From a bacterium (GTDB lineage: Bacteria > Myxococcota_A > UBA9042): a stretch of DNA of 64,000 nucleotides. A program made the translations under genes and the position numbers. The stretch covers positions 3,857 through 67,856 of the forward strand of contig JAUIAC010000003.1 of the NCBI GenBank assembly GCA_030425545.1, in the 5' to 3' direction. The notes beneath the pieces are model-generated. The model did no database searches, had not been told where the DNA came from, and saw only the letters and a list, made by a program, of their open reading frames with translations. Shown here piece by piece: positions 26,715 through 35,083 of this stretch; within the stretch, counting starts at the first letter, position 1, and each line of letters starts with the position of its first letter.

Positions 26715-29700
26715 TCAGGGACCGACGCAGCCTGGGCCAGCCGTCTTGCTCCACGTGACGCCTGGCAGGGTCAGCTTGAAGCCCTTGATCTGGTCGGTCG
26801 CCACAGCGCCGCTGCCCTCGCTCAGCTCGAACTGCCACGTCCCGACCGGCTCCAGGGTCGTGGGCGGCACGAACGCGGCGCCGTAGCGCATCTCGGGTGA
26901 CCAGCGCAGGGCCGCCAGCTCCGCGTCGAGGGGATGGGTCTTCCCGTCATACTGGTCGCCGAAACGCAGCGGACAGCTGGCCGACCAGCCGCTACCGACG
27001 CCCGAAAAGGAGCGCGCCAGCGCGCCGTCGACAAAGAGCGAGCCTGTGCCGTCGCCATGGGCCTGCAGGGCGAAGTGCTGCCACACACCGGCGCGCCACA
27101 CCACCTTGCTCGGGCTCGCCTTCTCCCCAGCGCCGCCGAGCTTCGACTGGTCCAACCCGGCCGCCCCCACACCCACGCGCCACGCCAGCGAGGGCTTCAT
27201 CGAGGCACAGCCAGCGCCCGTGCCGGGCTCGTCCACCGCGACCAGGGCGCCAAAGCCGGACGTCGGCAGCGCCTTGACCCGCGCCCACCCCTCCAGGGTC
27301 CAGGCGCCGGTGTCGTAGTGCGCGGTGTTCTTGCCGAGGAGGCCCGCGGGCTTGGTCCAGGCCACGCTGGTGCAGTCCGGCGCGACGTTGGGCGCGCAGA
27401 GCACGTTGCACTTCTTGGGCCAGGCGCCGTTGGCCATGCCGTTGTCACAGGCCTCCCACCGGGCCGCCTGGCCGTCGCCACAGGTCGCCGAGCTGGCCAG
27501 GTCGCCGTAGCACTGGTCCGCGATGAAGTCGCCCGCCAGCAGCTTGGTCGCCACGCTGTGGCCGCTGTCGTCGCTGGTCAGCCCGAGCGGGCTGTCGAAG
27601 CGCCACAGACCCCGGGTCGCTGCGTCGGGCAGCAGGCGCCGCCGCGGCGTGAACGACGCGCCGTAGCGCGCGCCGGCGCTGACGCGCACCTCGTCGAGCC
27701 GCCCCGGCAGCCGGTTCGCGGCGATGGGCGTCTCCTTCTTGAACACGCAGCCCTGGCCGGTGCCCTTGGCGCCGCCGCCGAGGAAGAGCACCTCCTTGTC
27801 GATCTGCCAGCCGGGCAGGGCCGCGGGCAGCTGCGCCGACGCCGAGGCCTCCAGCTTGCCGTCGACGTAGACCCGCAGCGGCGCACCCTGCGCGAAGCCA
27901 GCGACCGCGGCCACGTGGTACCAGACGCCCGCCTTGACGGTGGTCTTCGCGAAGAGCGGCGGCAGCGGGAAGCGCACCAGCCCGAAGCGTGTGCCGTTCG
28001 TCGTCTGCGACACCATCAGCGAGAAGATCCCACACGACGCGCCGAGGAGCTCGAAGGTCCCCGTGGTGTCGTCCACCCGCACCCAGGCCTCGAGCGTCAT
28101 CGTGCACGTGGGGCACACCGTGTCGGCGGCCCACTCGGGGAAGCCCGCCGTCTGCATCGCGCCCTGGCCGTTGACGTGGAAGCTCCGCTGCAGCCGGCAC
28201 CCCTCGCACCCGTCACACGCGGCGCCGTTCTTGTCGTCGCAGGTCTCGAGCGCGGTGTCGACCTGCCCGTCGCCGCACACCGCCGCCGCTGCGCTGCGCC
28301 CGAGGCAGCTGTCCTTCCCGAGCAGCGCGCCCTTCAGGGTCAGGTCCAGGCCCTGCGGTCCAGCGTCCTTGGCGTCGCCGTCGAAGCGCCACAGCGCCAC
28401 CGTGGTGGGGTCCGGCGAGGTGGTGCGCGCCGGGACGAAGGCGCCCCCGTGCAGCGCGGCGCGGGCCACGTGTACCTCGTCGATCTGGCCCTTGAACTCG
28501 CCGCCCTTGGCGTCCCAGTAGGTGCGCCCCACGGTCACACCGGCCCCGGGCACGTCGAAGCGCGGCTTGAAGAGCTTGCCACCGCCGGCGGGCAGGCCCC
28601 CGACGTAGAGCCGCACCGTGTCGCCCACGACCACCGCCGCGACGTGCGCCCACTGATTCGCAGGCACGACCTTGGCCTTTCCCCCCACCTTGGCCGCGAT
28701 GAACTCGGGCCCCAGCGGCGACACGTGGCTGAAGAGCAGCTGCCCGCCGCTCAGCGAGAGCGTGAAGGTGCTCGCCCCCAGCGCCTTGCTCGCCTTGGAC
28801 ACGATGGTCAGCTCGGCGAAGACCGTGGTCGGCCGCACCCAGGCCTCCACCGTCAGGTCGCCCACCAGGCCAAAGGGGCCGGCGAGCCCGTCTTTTCCGG
28901 GCGTTGGCGCCGCCACCTGAGCGTAGGCGGCCCCGTCCAAGCTCAGGTTGCCCCGCGGCTGGCACGCCTCGCACCCGTCGCACACCGCGCCGTTGCCGTC
29001 GTCACAAGCCTCGCCCTTGCCCACGTAGCCGTCGCCGCAGGAGGGCACCACGCACTTCTTCGCCACGCAGTGCTTGCCCCCGCCGCAGCTCGCGCCGTCC
29101 TTCACGCCCTCGAACACGCACCCCTTGCTCCCGCAGCTGTCGTCGGTGCACGGGTTGCCGTCGTCGCACACCAGCTTCGTCCCGACGCAGCTGCCGCCCT
29201 TGCAGCCGTCCTGTCCCGTACACGGGTCACCGTCGTCGCACGACTTGCCCACCTCGGGCACCTGCTCGCAGCCACTCGCGGCGTTGCAGCTGTCCTTCGT
29301 GCACACCTTGCCGTCGTCGCAGTCGAGCGCCTTGCCGGCCACGCACTTGCCCGCCTGGCAGGCGTCGCCGGCCGTGCACTTGCTCTGGTCCGCGTCGCAG
29401 GGCTTGCCGTCCTGCGGGCCGCTGACATGGCTGCACGCCCCGGTCTTGGGGTCGCACGCGTCCACCGTACACACCTCGCCGTCGTCGCAGGACTTGCTGG
29501 CGCCCGCCGTGCACAGCCCGTTCTTGCAGCTGTCTCCCACGGTGCAGGCGTCTCCGTCTTTGTCACACGGCGCGATGTTGTTGGCGCTCTGGCAGCCCTT
29601 GCTCGGGTCGCAGCTGTCGTTGGTGCAGGGGTTCTTGTCGTCACAGTCCACCTTGGCGCCGGGCGCGCACACCCCAGCCTTGCAGACGTCGCCGACCGTG

Positions 29701-31208
29701 CAGACGGACCCGTCGGCGTCGCAGGCCTTGTTGTCCTGGGCCGGCACCGAGCCGCACTTGCCCGTCTTCGCGTCGCAGGCCGTCTTGGCGCATGTGGTGT
29801 CCTTGCTGGTGTCGCAGGTCACCACCGACTTCGGGTCGATCTTGCACACGAAGGGGGCCTTGGCCTTGTCGCAGTAGAGCGTCCCGTTGCAGAGGTCACC
29901 GTCTTCCTTCGCGGCGCACTGGGCGTCGGTCGTGCACGCGCACACGTTGCCACCCGGCTTGCAGCCGCCCTTGTCGCACGCGTCGCCGTTGGTGCACGGG
30001 TTGCCGTCTTCACAGGGGCCCGCCTTGGGCGTGTTGGTGCACCCCGCCGTGGTGTCGCTGCCCGGCGCCTTCGGGTCGCACCCGTCGGTGGTGCAGGGCT
30101 CGCTGTCGTCACAGGTGACGCTGACGTCGATCGACAGCCCCACGCACGCGCCGTTGCCGTCGCACAGGTCGTTCGCTGTGCAGGCGTTGCTGTCGTCACA
30201 GGGCTTCTTGTGGGGCGTGTAGACGCAGCCCTTGAGCTTGTCGCACGCGTCGGTCGTGCACGGGTTGGCGTCGTCGCAGGGCACGACCTGGCCCAGGCAG
30301 CCGCCCTTGGCGTCACAGGCGTCGGCCGACGTGCACGCGTCACCGTCGTCGCAGGCCCCCGCCACCGGCGTGTGACTGCACTGCGTCCCACCTTGGATGC
30401 AGGCGTCGGTCGTACACACGTTGTCGTCGTCGCACAGCCCCTCGTCCGTGGCGCCGTTGCAGTCGTTGTCGAGCCCGTCGCAGAGCTCACTCACCGCAGG
30501 TGGTGCGGTGCAGTCCCCCAGCGCGCCAGCGCTCGTGCAGGTGCGGCTGCCGGGGCAGGTCCCCAGCTCGCCGACCGCCTGACACACGGTCGACAGCTTC
30601 AGCGTGGCCGACCGCGGTGAACACGGGCACGCCAGGTCCTTGCGAACACAGGCTCTCCGCGCCTCGCCCGCGTGGGTCTTGCCGTCGTTGCAGACGAAGT
30701 CGCCAGGGCAGTCCGCGTCCACCGCGCAGGTCGACCCACAGAAGCTGCCTTCGGTCGTGCCGTAGCGCATGCAGTACGAGCCGTGGTCGCCCAGGGCCTC
30801 CTGGCACGTGGAGTCGGCGCTGCACGGCGCGCACAGGAAGCCCCACTTGGGCACGCAGAGCTGCACGGCGTCCGCCCCACCGGTGCTCACCGTCTGGCAG
30901 TCGAAGCCGTCGGGACACGCGTCCACGCAGGTCTTGGCGCACTGCTTGCCGGCCGGCGTGTGGATGCACAGGTTGTTGTCGCAGTCGTCCGACGCGTCAC
31001 AGGGGCAGCCGGCGCCTCCCGGGCACAGCGCCGCGGTGTCTGGCGCCCCGGCGTCGTCGCTCGTGGTGTCTGGCGACGTCGTGTCGACCTGCCCCACGTC
31101 CTCGCTCGCGTCGGTGGACACGTCCGTCGCGCCCTGGCCACCGGGGGGCCCCTCGCCGCAGGCCACCAGACACGCACACAACGCCAGGACTCCGAAGCCA
31201 GTTCTCAT
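26715..31208 (-). CDS. Giant secreted Cys-rich lipoprotein (1497 aa) with about 12 CDDGNPCTxDxC-type repeats, a MopE-like metal-binding motif, two myxobacterial Cys-rich (TIGR02232-like) repeats and three LamG/ConA-like domains
   Basis: The lipobox is MRTGFGVLALCACLVACGE. CDGLDNDCNGATDEGLCDDDNVC is a MopE-like putative metal-binding motif (PF11617-like). AVCGDGQVDTALETCDDKNGAACDGCEGC and SCGDGYVGKGEACDDGNGAVCDGCEAC are the myxobacterial repeats. Three ...EAWVR...LYVGG LamG-like segments are present. The opposite-strand ORF 26934..30620 is a shadow. Confidence 0.75.
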   Translation of the reverse strand: MRTGFGVLALCACLVACGEGPPGGQGATDVSTDASEDVGQVDTTSPDTTSDDAGAPDTAALCPGGAGCPCDASDDCDNNLCIHTPAGKQCAKTCVDACPDGFDCQTVSTGGADAVQLCVPKWGFLCAPCSADSTCQEALGDHGSYCMRYGTTEGSFCGSTCAVDADCPGDFVCNDGKTHAGEARRACVRKDLACPCSPRSATLKLSTVCQAVGELGTCPGSRTCTSAGALGDCTAPPAVSELCDGLDNDCNGATDEGLCDDDNVCTTDACIQGGTQCSHTPVAGACDDGDACTSADACDAKGGCLGQVVPCDDANPCTTDACDKLKGCVYTPHKKPCDDSNACTANDLCDGNGACVGLSIDVSVTCDDSEPCTTDGCDPKAPGSDTTAGCTNTPKAGPCEDGNPCTNGDACDKGGCKPGGNVCACTTDAQCAAKEDGDLCNGTLYCDKAKAPFVCKIDPKSVVTCDTSKDTTCAKTACDAKTGKCGSVPAQDNKACDADGSVCTVGDVCKAGVCAPGAKVDCDDKNPCTNDSCDPSKGCQSANNIAPCDKDGDACTVGDSCKNGLCTAGASKSCDDGEVCTVDACDPKTGACSHVSGPQDGKPCDADQSKCTAGDACQAGKCVAGKALDCDDGKVCTKDSCNAASGCEQVPEVGKSCDDGDPCTGQDGCKGGSCVGTKLVCDDGNPCTDDSCGSKGCVFEGVKDGASCGGGKHCVAKKCVVPSCGDGYVGKGEACDDGNGAVCDGCEACQPRGNLSLDGAAYAQVAAPTPGKDGLAGPFGLVGDLTVEAWVRPTTVFAELTIVSKASKALGASTFTLSLSGGQLLFSHVSPLGPEFIAAKVGGKAKVVPANQWAHVAAVVVGDTVRLYVGGLPAGGGKLFKPRFDVPGAGVTVGRTYWDAKGGEFKGQIDEVHVARAALHGGAFVPARTTSPDPTTVALWRFDGDAKDAGPQGLDLTLKGALLGKDSCLGRSAAAAVCGDGQVDTALETCDDKNGAACDGCEGCRLQRSFHVNGQGAMQTAGFPEWAADTVCPTCTMTLEAWVRVDDTTGTFELLGASCGIFSLMVSQTTNGTRFGLVRFPLPPLFAKTTVKAGVWYHVAAVAGFAQGAPLRVYVDGKLEASASAQLPAALPGWQIDKEVLFLGGGAKGTGQGCVFKKETPIAANRLPGRLDEVRVSAGARYGASFTPRRRLLPDAATRGLWRFDSPLGLTSDDSGHSVATKLLAGDFIADQCYGDLASSATCGDGQAARWEACDNGMANGAWPKKCNVLCAPNVAPDCTSVAWTKPAGLLGKNTAHYDTGAWTLEGWARVKALPTSGFGALVAVDEPGTGAGCASMKPSLAWRVGVGAAGLDQSKLGGAGEKASPSKVVWRAGVWQHFALQAHGDGTGSLFVDGALARSFSGVGSGWSASCPLRFGDQYDGKTHPLDAELAALRWSPEMRYGAAFVPPTTLEPVGTWQFELSEGSGAVATDQIKGFKLTLPGVTWSKTAGPGCVGP

Positions 31209-31503
31209 CGATGGGTCCCCTCAGCTTGGCGGCTGCGCGGTCGCGGCGCCGGGCGCCGGCCACGTCATCGTAATTCTGCCTGAAACTGCGTCAAAGTACG
31301 CGCCCGGAGCGGCTTGGCCGGCCACGGGCCCGCGCGACGGGCGCCCGGGAACACGGGGCGAGGTGCTCCAGCTTCAAGCGCGGAGCACCCGCCGGCGCAT
31401 TGGCCGGCCTGCTGGGGGACGCGGCGCGGTTGCGCACAAGCGTCGGACCCGGCCCGCAGGGCAGGGCGTCGGCGAGCGGAGCGTGAGGGCGCTGGGAGAT
31501 CTG

Positions 31504-33345
31504 CTAGTCGTCCGCGGGGTCGGGGATGACGTCCATCTCCAAGGTCGGGACGTTGAAGATGTCCTCGGCGTTGAGCGCGTCGTCAGCGGTGACCGCCGCC
31601 GCCACCGGCGGACGAACCACGGCGAGGTAGGGCGCGGTGGGCATCTCGTTCGGCGGCGTCTCCGGCATCAACGCCGCTCCGACGGGCTGAACGGCGCCTT
31701 GGCCGACGTCCCCCGCCGGCAAGCTTGCGGCGCTGCGCGGGGGGGCGTCCCCTTCTGCCGCCGCTTCGCTCGCGGCGGTCGACTCGGCCGCGACCGGCGC
31801 GGCGCCGACGTCCATGCTCGGCGGACGGGCCTCGACCCGTGTGCGCGCGAAGGGCGACTCGGCCTTCGGCGGCCGCGACGAGCGCCCCGTGATCTTCTGG
31901 GCCGACCGGGGGTCGTCGCCCCGCGGCTTGGGGCCGTCCACTCGGGTCGCTTTGAGCTGCGCGCTCGGCGGACGGCGCGCGGCCCGAGCGGCGTCCGCTA
32001 CCTCGGCCGCACCGGGCACCCCCGCTGGGGGGGTGTCGGCGTGCGCGCGGCTCGCGCCCTGCGGGCCCATCCCGAGCGCCAGCGGTGACGCGGGGACGGT
32101 CTCCGCGACGATGCCCGGCGGCAGCGTGTTGGCCACGCCGGGCGGCAACGGAATCGGCGCGCCCTTGCTGTCGGTCCCGGGCGGCGGCGGGATCGGCGCG
32201 CCCTTGCTGTCGAGGCTCGACGGCGCGGCTGGGCTCGCGGCCACCGCCGCGCCGGGCGGCATCGGAATCGGCGCGCCCTTGCTGTCCGTGCCGGCCGCTG
32301 GAGGGCTCACGGCCTGCAGGTGCGGGTCCGTCGCCATGTCGATGATCATCGCAGGGGGCACCACCGGCATCGCGTCCGGGGTGTCGCCGTCGTGAGGGAC
32401 CTCTCGCAGCTGGTCGAGGGCGGCTGTCTCGTAGGCGGGCAGCGTCTCCTGGTCCCAGTTGCCGTCGTCGACGCCGATCTCGAAGCCCGGGCTGGTGTCC
32501 TCGAACACCTCCTCGGACTCGGTCTCGCGCACGTTGGCGCCGCCACCGTCGAGGATGCGGAGCATGACGATCGTGATGTTGTCTTTGCCGCCCTTGGCGA
32601 GCGCGGCCTGCAGCAGGTGGTTCACGCCGGCCTGCAGGTCCGTGGCCCCCAGCTCCATCTCGGTCTGGATGCGATCGTCCGGCACCAGATCGGTGAGGCC
32701 GTCGGTGCACAGCAACATGATGTCGCCGCCGCGCATGTCGAACACATGCACGTCGGGCTGTACCGAGTCGCGCAGCCCGACGGCGCGCACGATCACGTTC
32801 TTCCCCTTGAAGTTGCGGAGCTGCTCCTCCGTCATGTTCCGGGTTTTCTTGTAGTGATTCAGCAGGCTGTGGTCGTCGGTGAGCTGCTCGAGCGCCCCGG
32901 CGCGGAGGCGGTAGATGCGGCTGTCGCCCACGTGGACGCCGCCGATGCCGTCACGACCGGCGAAGAGCGCGACCACCGTGGTGCCCATGCCCTTGTGCCT
33001 GGGGTCGGACACCGCCGCTTCGTGCACCTTGCGGTTCGCCATGCGAACGGCGCTGTCGAGCACGCGGGTCTCCACCGTGGTGGCGGTGGGCGAGTTGTAG
33101 GGCCAGCGGAAGTTGGGCGCGTGAATCGTCTCGGTCGCGAACTCGACGATGGCGTCGGCAGCGATGCGACTCGCGAGCTCACCGGAGGCGTGACCGCCCA
33201 TGCCGTCGCACACGACGTACAGGCCCGCGTCTTCCACGATGCGGAAGGCGTCCTCGTTGTTCTTACGCTCAAGCCCGACATCCGTCACCCCATAGGAGAC
33301 GATGTGAAAGCCCTCGTGCGTGGATGTCGCTTCAGTGTCCATCAA
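31504..33345 (-). CDS. PP2C-family Ser/Thr protein phosphatase with a long Pro-rich C-terminal repeat tail
   Basis: PP2C motifs include GVTDVGLERKNNEDAF, VCDGMGGHASGE, GTTVVA and LLCTDGLTD. The C-terminal tail has three DSKGAPIPxPPG repeats. Confidence 0.85.
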   Translation of the reverse strand: MMDTEATSTHEGFHIVSYGVTDVGLERKNNEDAFRIVEDAGLYVVCDGMGGHASGELASRIAADAIVEFATETIHAPNFRWPYNSPTATTVETRVLDSAVRMANRKVHEAAVSDPRHKGMGTTVVALFAGRDGIGGVHVGDSRIYRLRAGALEQLTDDHSLLNHYKKTRNMTEEQLRNFKGKNVIVRAVGLRDSVQPDVHVFDMRGGDIMLLCTDGLTDLVPDDRIQTEMELGATDLQAGVNHLLQAALAKGGKDNITIVMLRILDGGGANVRETESEEVFEDTSPGFEIGVDDGNWDQETLPAYETAALDQLREVPHDGDTPDAMPVVPPAMIIDMATDPHLQAVSPPAAGTDSKGAPIPMPPGAAVAASPAAPSSLDSKGAPIPPPPGTDSKGAPIPLPPGVANTLPPGIVAETVPASPLALGMGPQGASRAHADTPPAGVPGAAEVADAARAARRPPSAQLKATRVDGPKPRGDDPRSAQKITGRSSRPPKAESPFARTRVEARPPSMDVGAAPVAAESTAASEAAAEGDAPPRSAASLPAGDVGQGAVQPVGAALMPETPPNEMPTAPYLAVVRPPVAAAVTADDALNAEDIFNVPTLEMDVIPDPADD

Positions 33346-33435
33346 GACTCGCGATCAGAAGTGAAATTCCAGTAACAGGGGGGCACGGGGGCGTCAAGGA
33401 AGCGGCGGCTTCTGCGGCGCAGATAGACAGGTCAC

Positions 33436-34326
33436 TTACGAAATCAGCCCGAGTCGCCGCATCTCGGTCTGGACGCGTGCCGTCGCTCGCTCGCTCGCCG
33501 TCAGCAGCGGCAGCCGGACATGGGCCTCGCACACGCCGAGCGCGTGCATCGCCGCCTTGGCCGGCTGCGGGTTGGCCTCGCAGAAGAGCGCCTCGATGAG
33601 GCTGCGCAGCCTCACCTGCCCGCGCGCCGCCGCGTCCACCTTGCCGGCGCGAAAGTCGCGATAGAGCGCGCTGGTCAAGGCTGGCGCGCAGTTGGACACC
33701 ACGGACACCACACCCCGTCCGCCCACGGCGTACATCGGGACGCACAGGCCGTCGTCGCCGCTCAGCACCGCGAAGGTGCCCTCGGTCAGCTCGATGATGC
33801 GCTGCACCTGGTCGAGGTCCCCCGACGCCTCCTTGATCCCCACCGTGTTGGGGTGGGCGGCCAGGGCTGCGGTGGTCTCCGGGGCCATGTTGGCGACCGT
33901 GCGCCCGGGCACGTTGTAGAGCATCACCGGCACGGCGACCGCGTCGAGCACGGCGCGAAAGTGGGCCAGCAGGCCGGCCTGCGTCGGCTTGTTGTAGTAG
34001 GGGACCACCACGAGCGCGGCGTCGACCCCGAGGTCCTTCGCAGCCTGGGTCGTGGCGATGGTGGCCGCCGTGTTGTTGGACCCGGATCCGGCGATGACCG
34101 GCACCCGACCGCGAGCGACGCGGATGGTCTCCGACACCACGGTGCGCCACTCCTCGTGCGTGAGCGTCGCCGCCTCGCCCGTGGTCCCGCAGGCCACGAG
34201 CCCGTCGACCCCACCGGCGATCTGCTGCTCCACCAGGCGCTCCAACCCCTCGATGTCCAGCGTGCGCGCGGCGTCGCCTTTCATCGGCGTCACCAGCGCG
34301 GTGTAGGTTCCTTCAAAGGCGCTCAT
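33436..34326 (-). CDS. dapA: 4-hydroxy-tetrahydrodipicolinate synthase
   Basis: 296-aa DapA with conserved GTTGE, GSNNT, YYNKP and the active-site Lys region IKEASGD. A GAGGAG Shine-Dalgarno sequence precedes the ATG. The internal ATG is preferred over the long 33436..34917 ORF. Confidence 0.9.
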   Translation of the reverse strand: MSAFEGTYTALVTPMKGDAARTLDIEGLERLVEQQIAGGVDGLVACGTTGEAATLTHEEWRTVVSETIRVARGRVPVIAGSGSNNTAATIATTQAAKDLGVDAALVVVPYYNKPTQAGLLAHFRAVLDAVAVPVMLYNVPGRTVANMAPETTAALAAHPNTVGIKEASGDLDQVQRIIELTEGTFAVLSGDDGLCVPMYAVGGRGVVSVVSNCAPALTSALYRDFRAGKVDAAARGQVRLRSLIEALFCEANPQPAKAAMHALGVCEAHVRLPLLTASERATARVQTEMRRLGLIS

Positions 34327-35083
34327 GTCCTCTCCTCTCACGATTGCGGCGGCTCGGCCTCGACGTCCCAGGGGCGCGTGGTGAGCCATCCGAGGGTCTT
34401 TGGGCGTGGGGCGGTCGGGCCGGCTCTTGGCGGGGGGCGCGGCGTGGGTGGGCTCGCTCCGCGCGTAGGGCGTGTGCGAGCGCGCGGAGAACCCCCGCGT
34501 GGGACTCCTTTTGCCTCGCAGTGCGCAGGAATGCGAGCCCCTCGCGCGTCGCGGGGAGCCCTGCCCACGACCACGCGCTCGCCTCACGGAGGCGGGCTTC
34601 CTTGTGATGCAGGTACTTACGCAGCACGCGCCGCGCCGCTGTGACGTCGTGTGAGCGTGCCGACGTCGCCGTCGCCGCGAGGCCAAGCGCCCGTAGCGCC
34701 ACCCGACGCGCCACGGTTGGAGCCTGGCGGGTCGCCACGAGCCGGCGCGCCAGCGCGCTGGACCCGCGAACGCCGTGACGGGCCAAGAGCCACACCGCCT
34801 TGGCGGCGCGCTCTGTGCGGAGTCGATCGTGCCGCGCGACGACGTCGAGACAGCGCAGGGCTGCCGCGTCGAGGTGGCGCGGTCGAGTGGTGGCGTCCGG
34901 CGCGTTGAGCAGGGCACCCACCCCGGTGCGCGCCAGGCAGGGGAGCGGTGTGCGGGGCGCCGTTGCGCTCCCCGCCTGGGCGGTGGTCGCCCAGAGCGGC
35001 GCCACGGCGACGACCCACAGCCAGGCTCGTGGGAACGCCGAGGGGGTCGTCGGTCGCGTCACCCGACAGGCCTCGCGGGTCAC
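34313..35083 (-). CDS. Hypothetical HEAT/ARM-like repeat protein, with a GTG start coupled to the upstream M16-like gene
   Basis: The GTG at 35083-35081 overlaps the TGA (35082-35080) of the upstream gene (GTGA). The product has Ala/Leu/Arg-rich helical repeats (AVWLLARHG..., VARRVALRALGL...). The Arg-rich C-terminal tail leaves the exact frame and stop uncertain. It overlaps the dapA start by 14 nt. Confidence 0.35.
   Translation of the reverse strand: MTREACRVTRPTTPSAFPRAWLWVVAVAPLWATTAQAGSATAPRTPLPCLARTGVGALLNAPDATTRPRHLDAAALRCLDVVARHDRLRTERAAKAVWLLARHGVRGSSALARRLVATRQAPTVARRVALRALGLAATATSARSHDVTAARRVLRKYLHHKEARLREASAWSWAGLPATREGLAFLRTARQKESHAGVLRALAHALRAERAHPRRAPRQEPARPPHAQRPSDGSPRAPGTSRPSRRNRERRGHERL

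Noticed and set aside
26934-30620. 1228-aa plus-strand ORF
   Set aside because: It is a shadow ORF antisense to the giant Cys-rich lipoprotein, whose repeats and LamG domains are unambiguous on the minus strand. The plus-strand product is low-complexity Arg/Ala/Gly-rich.
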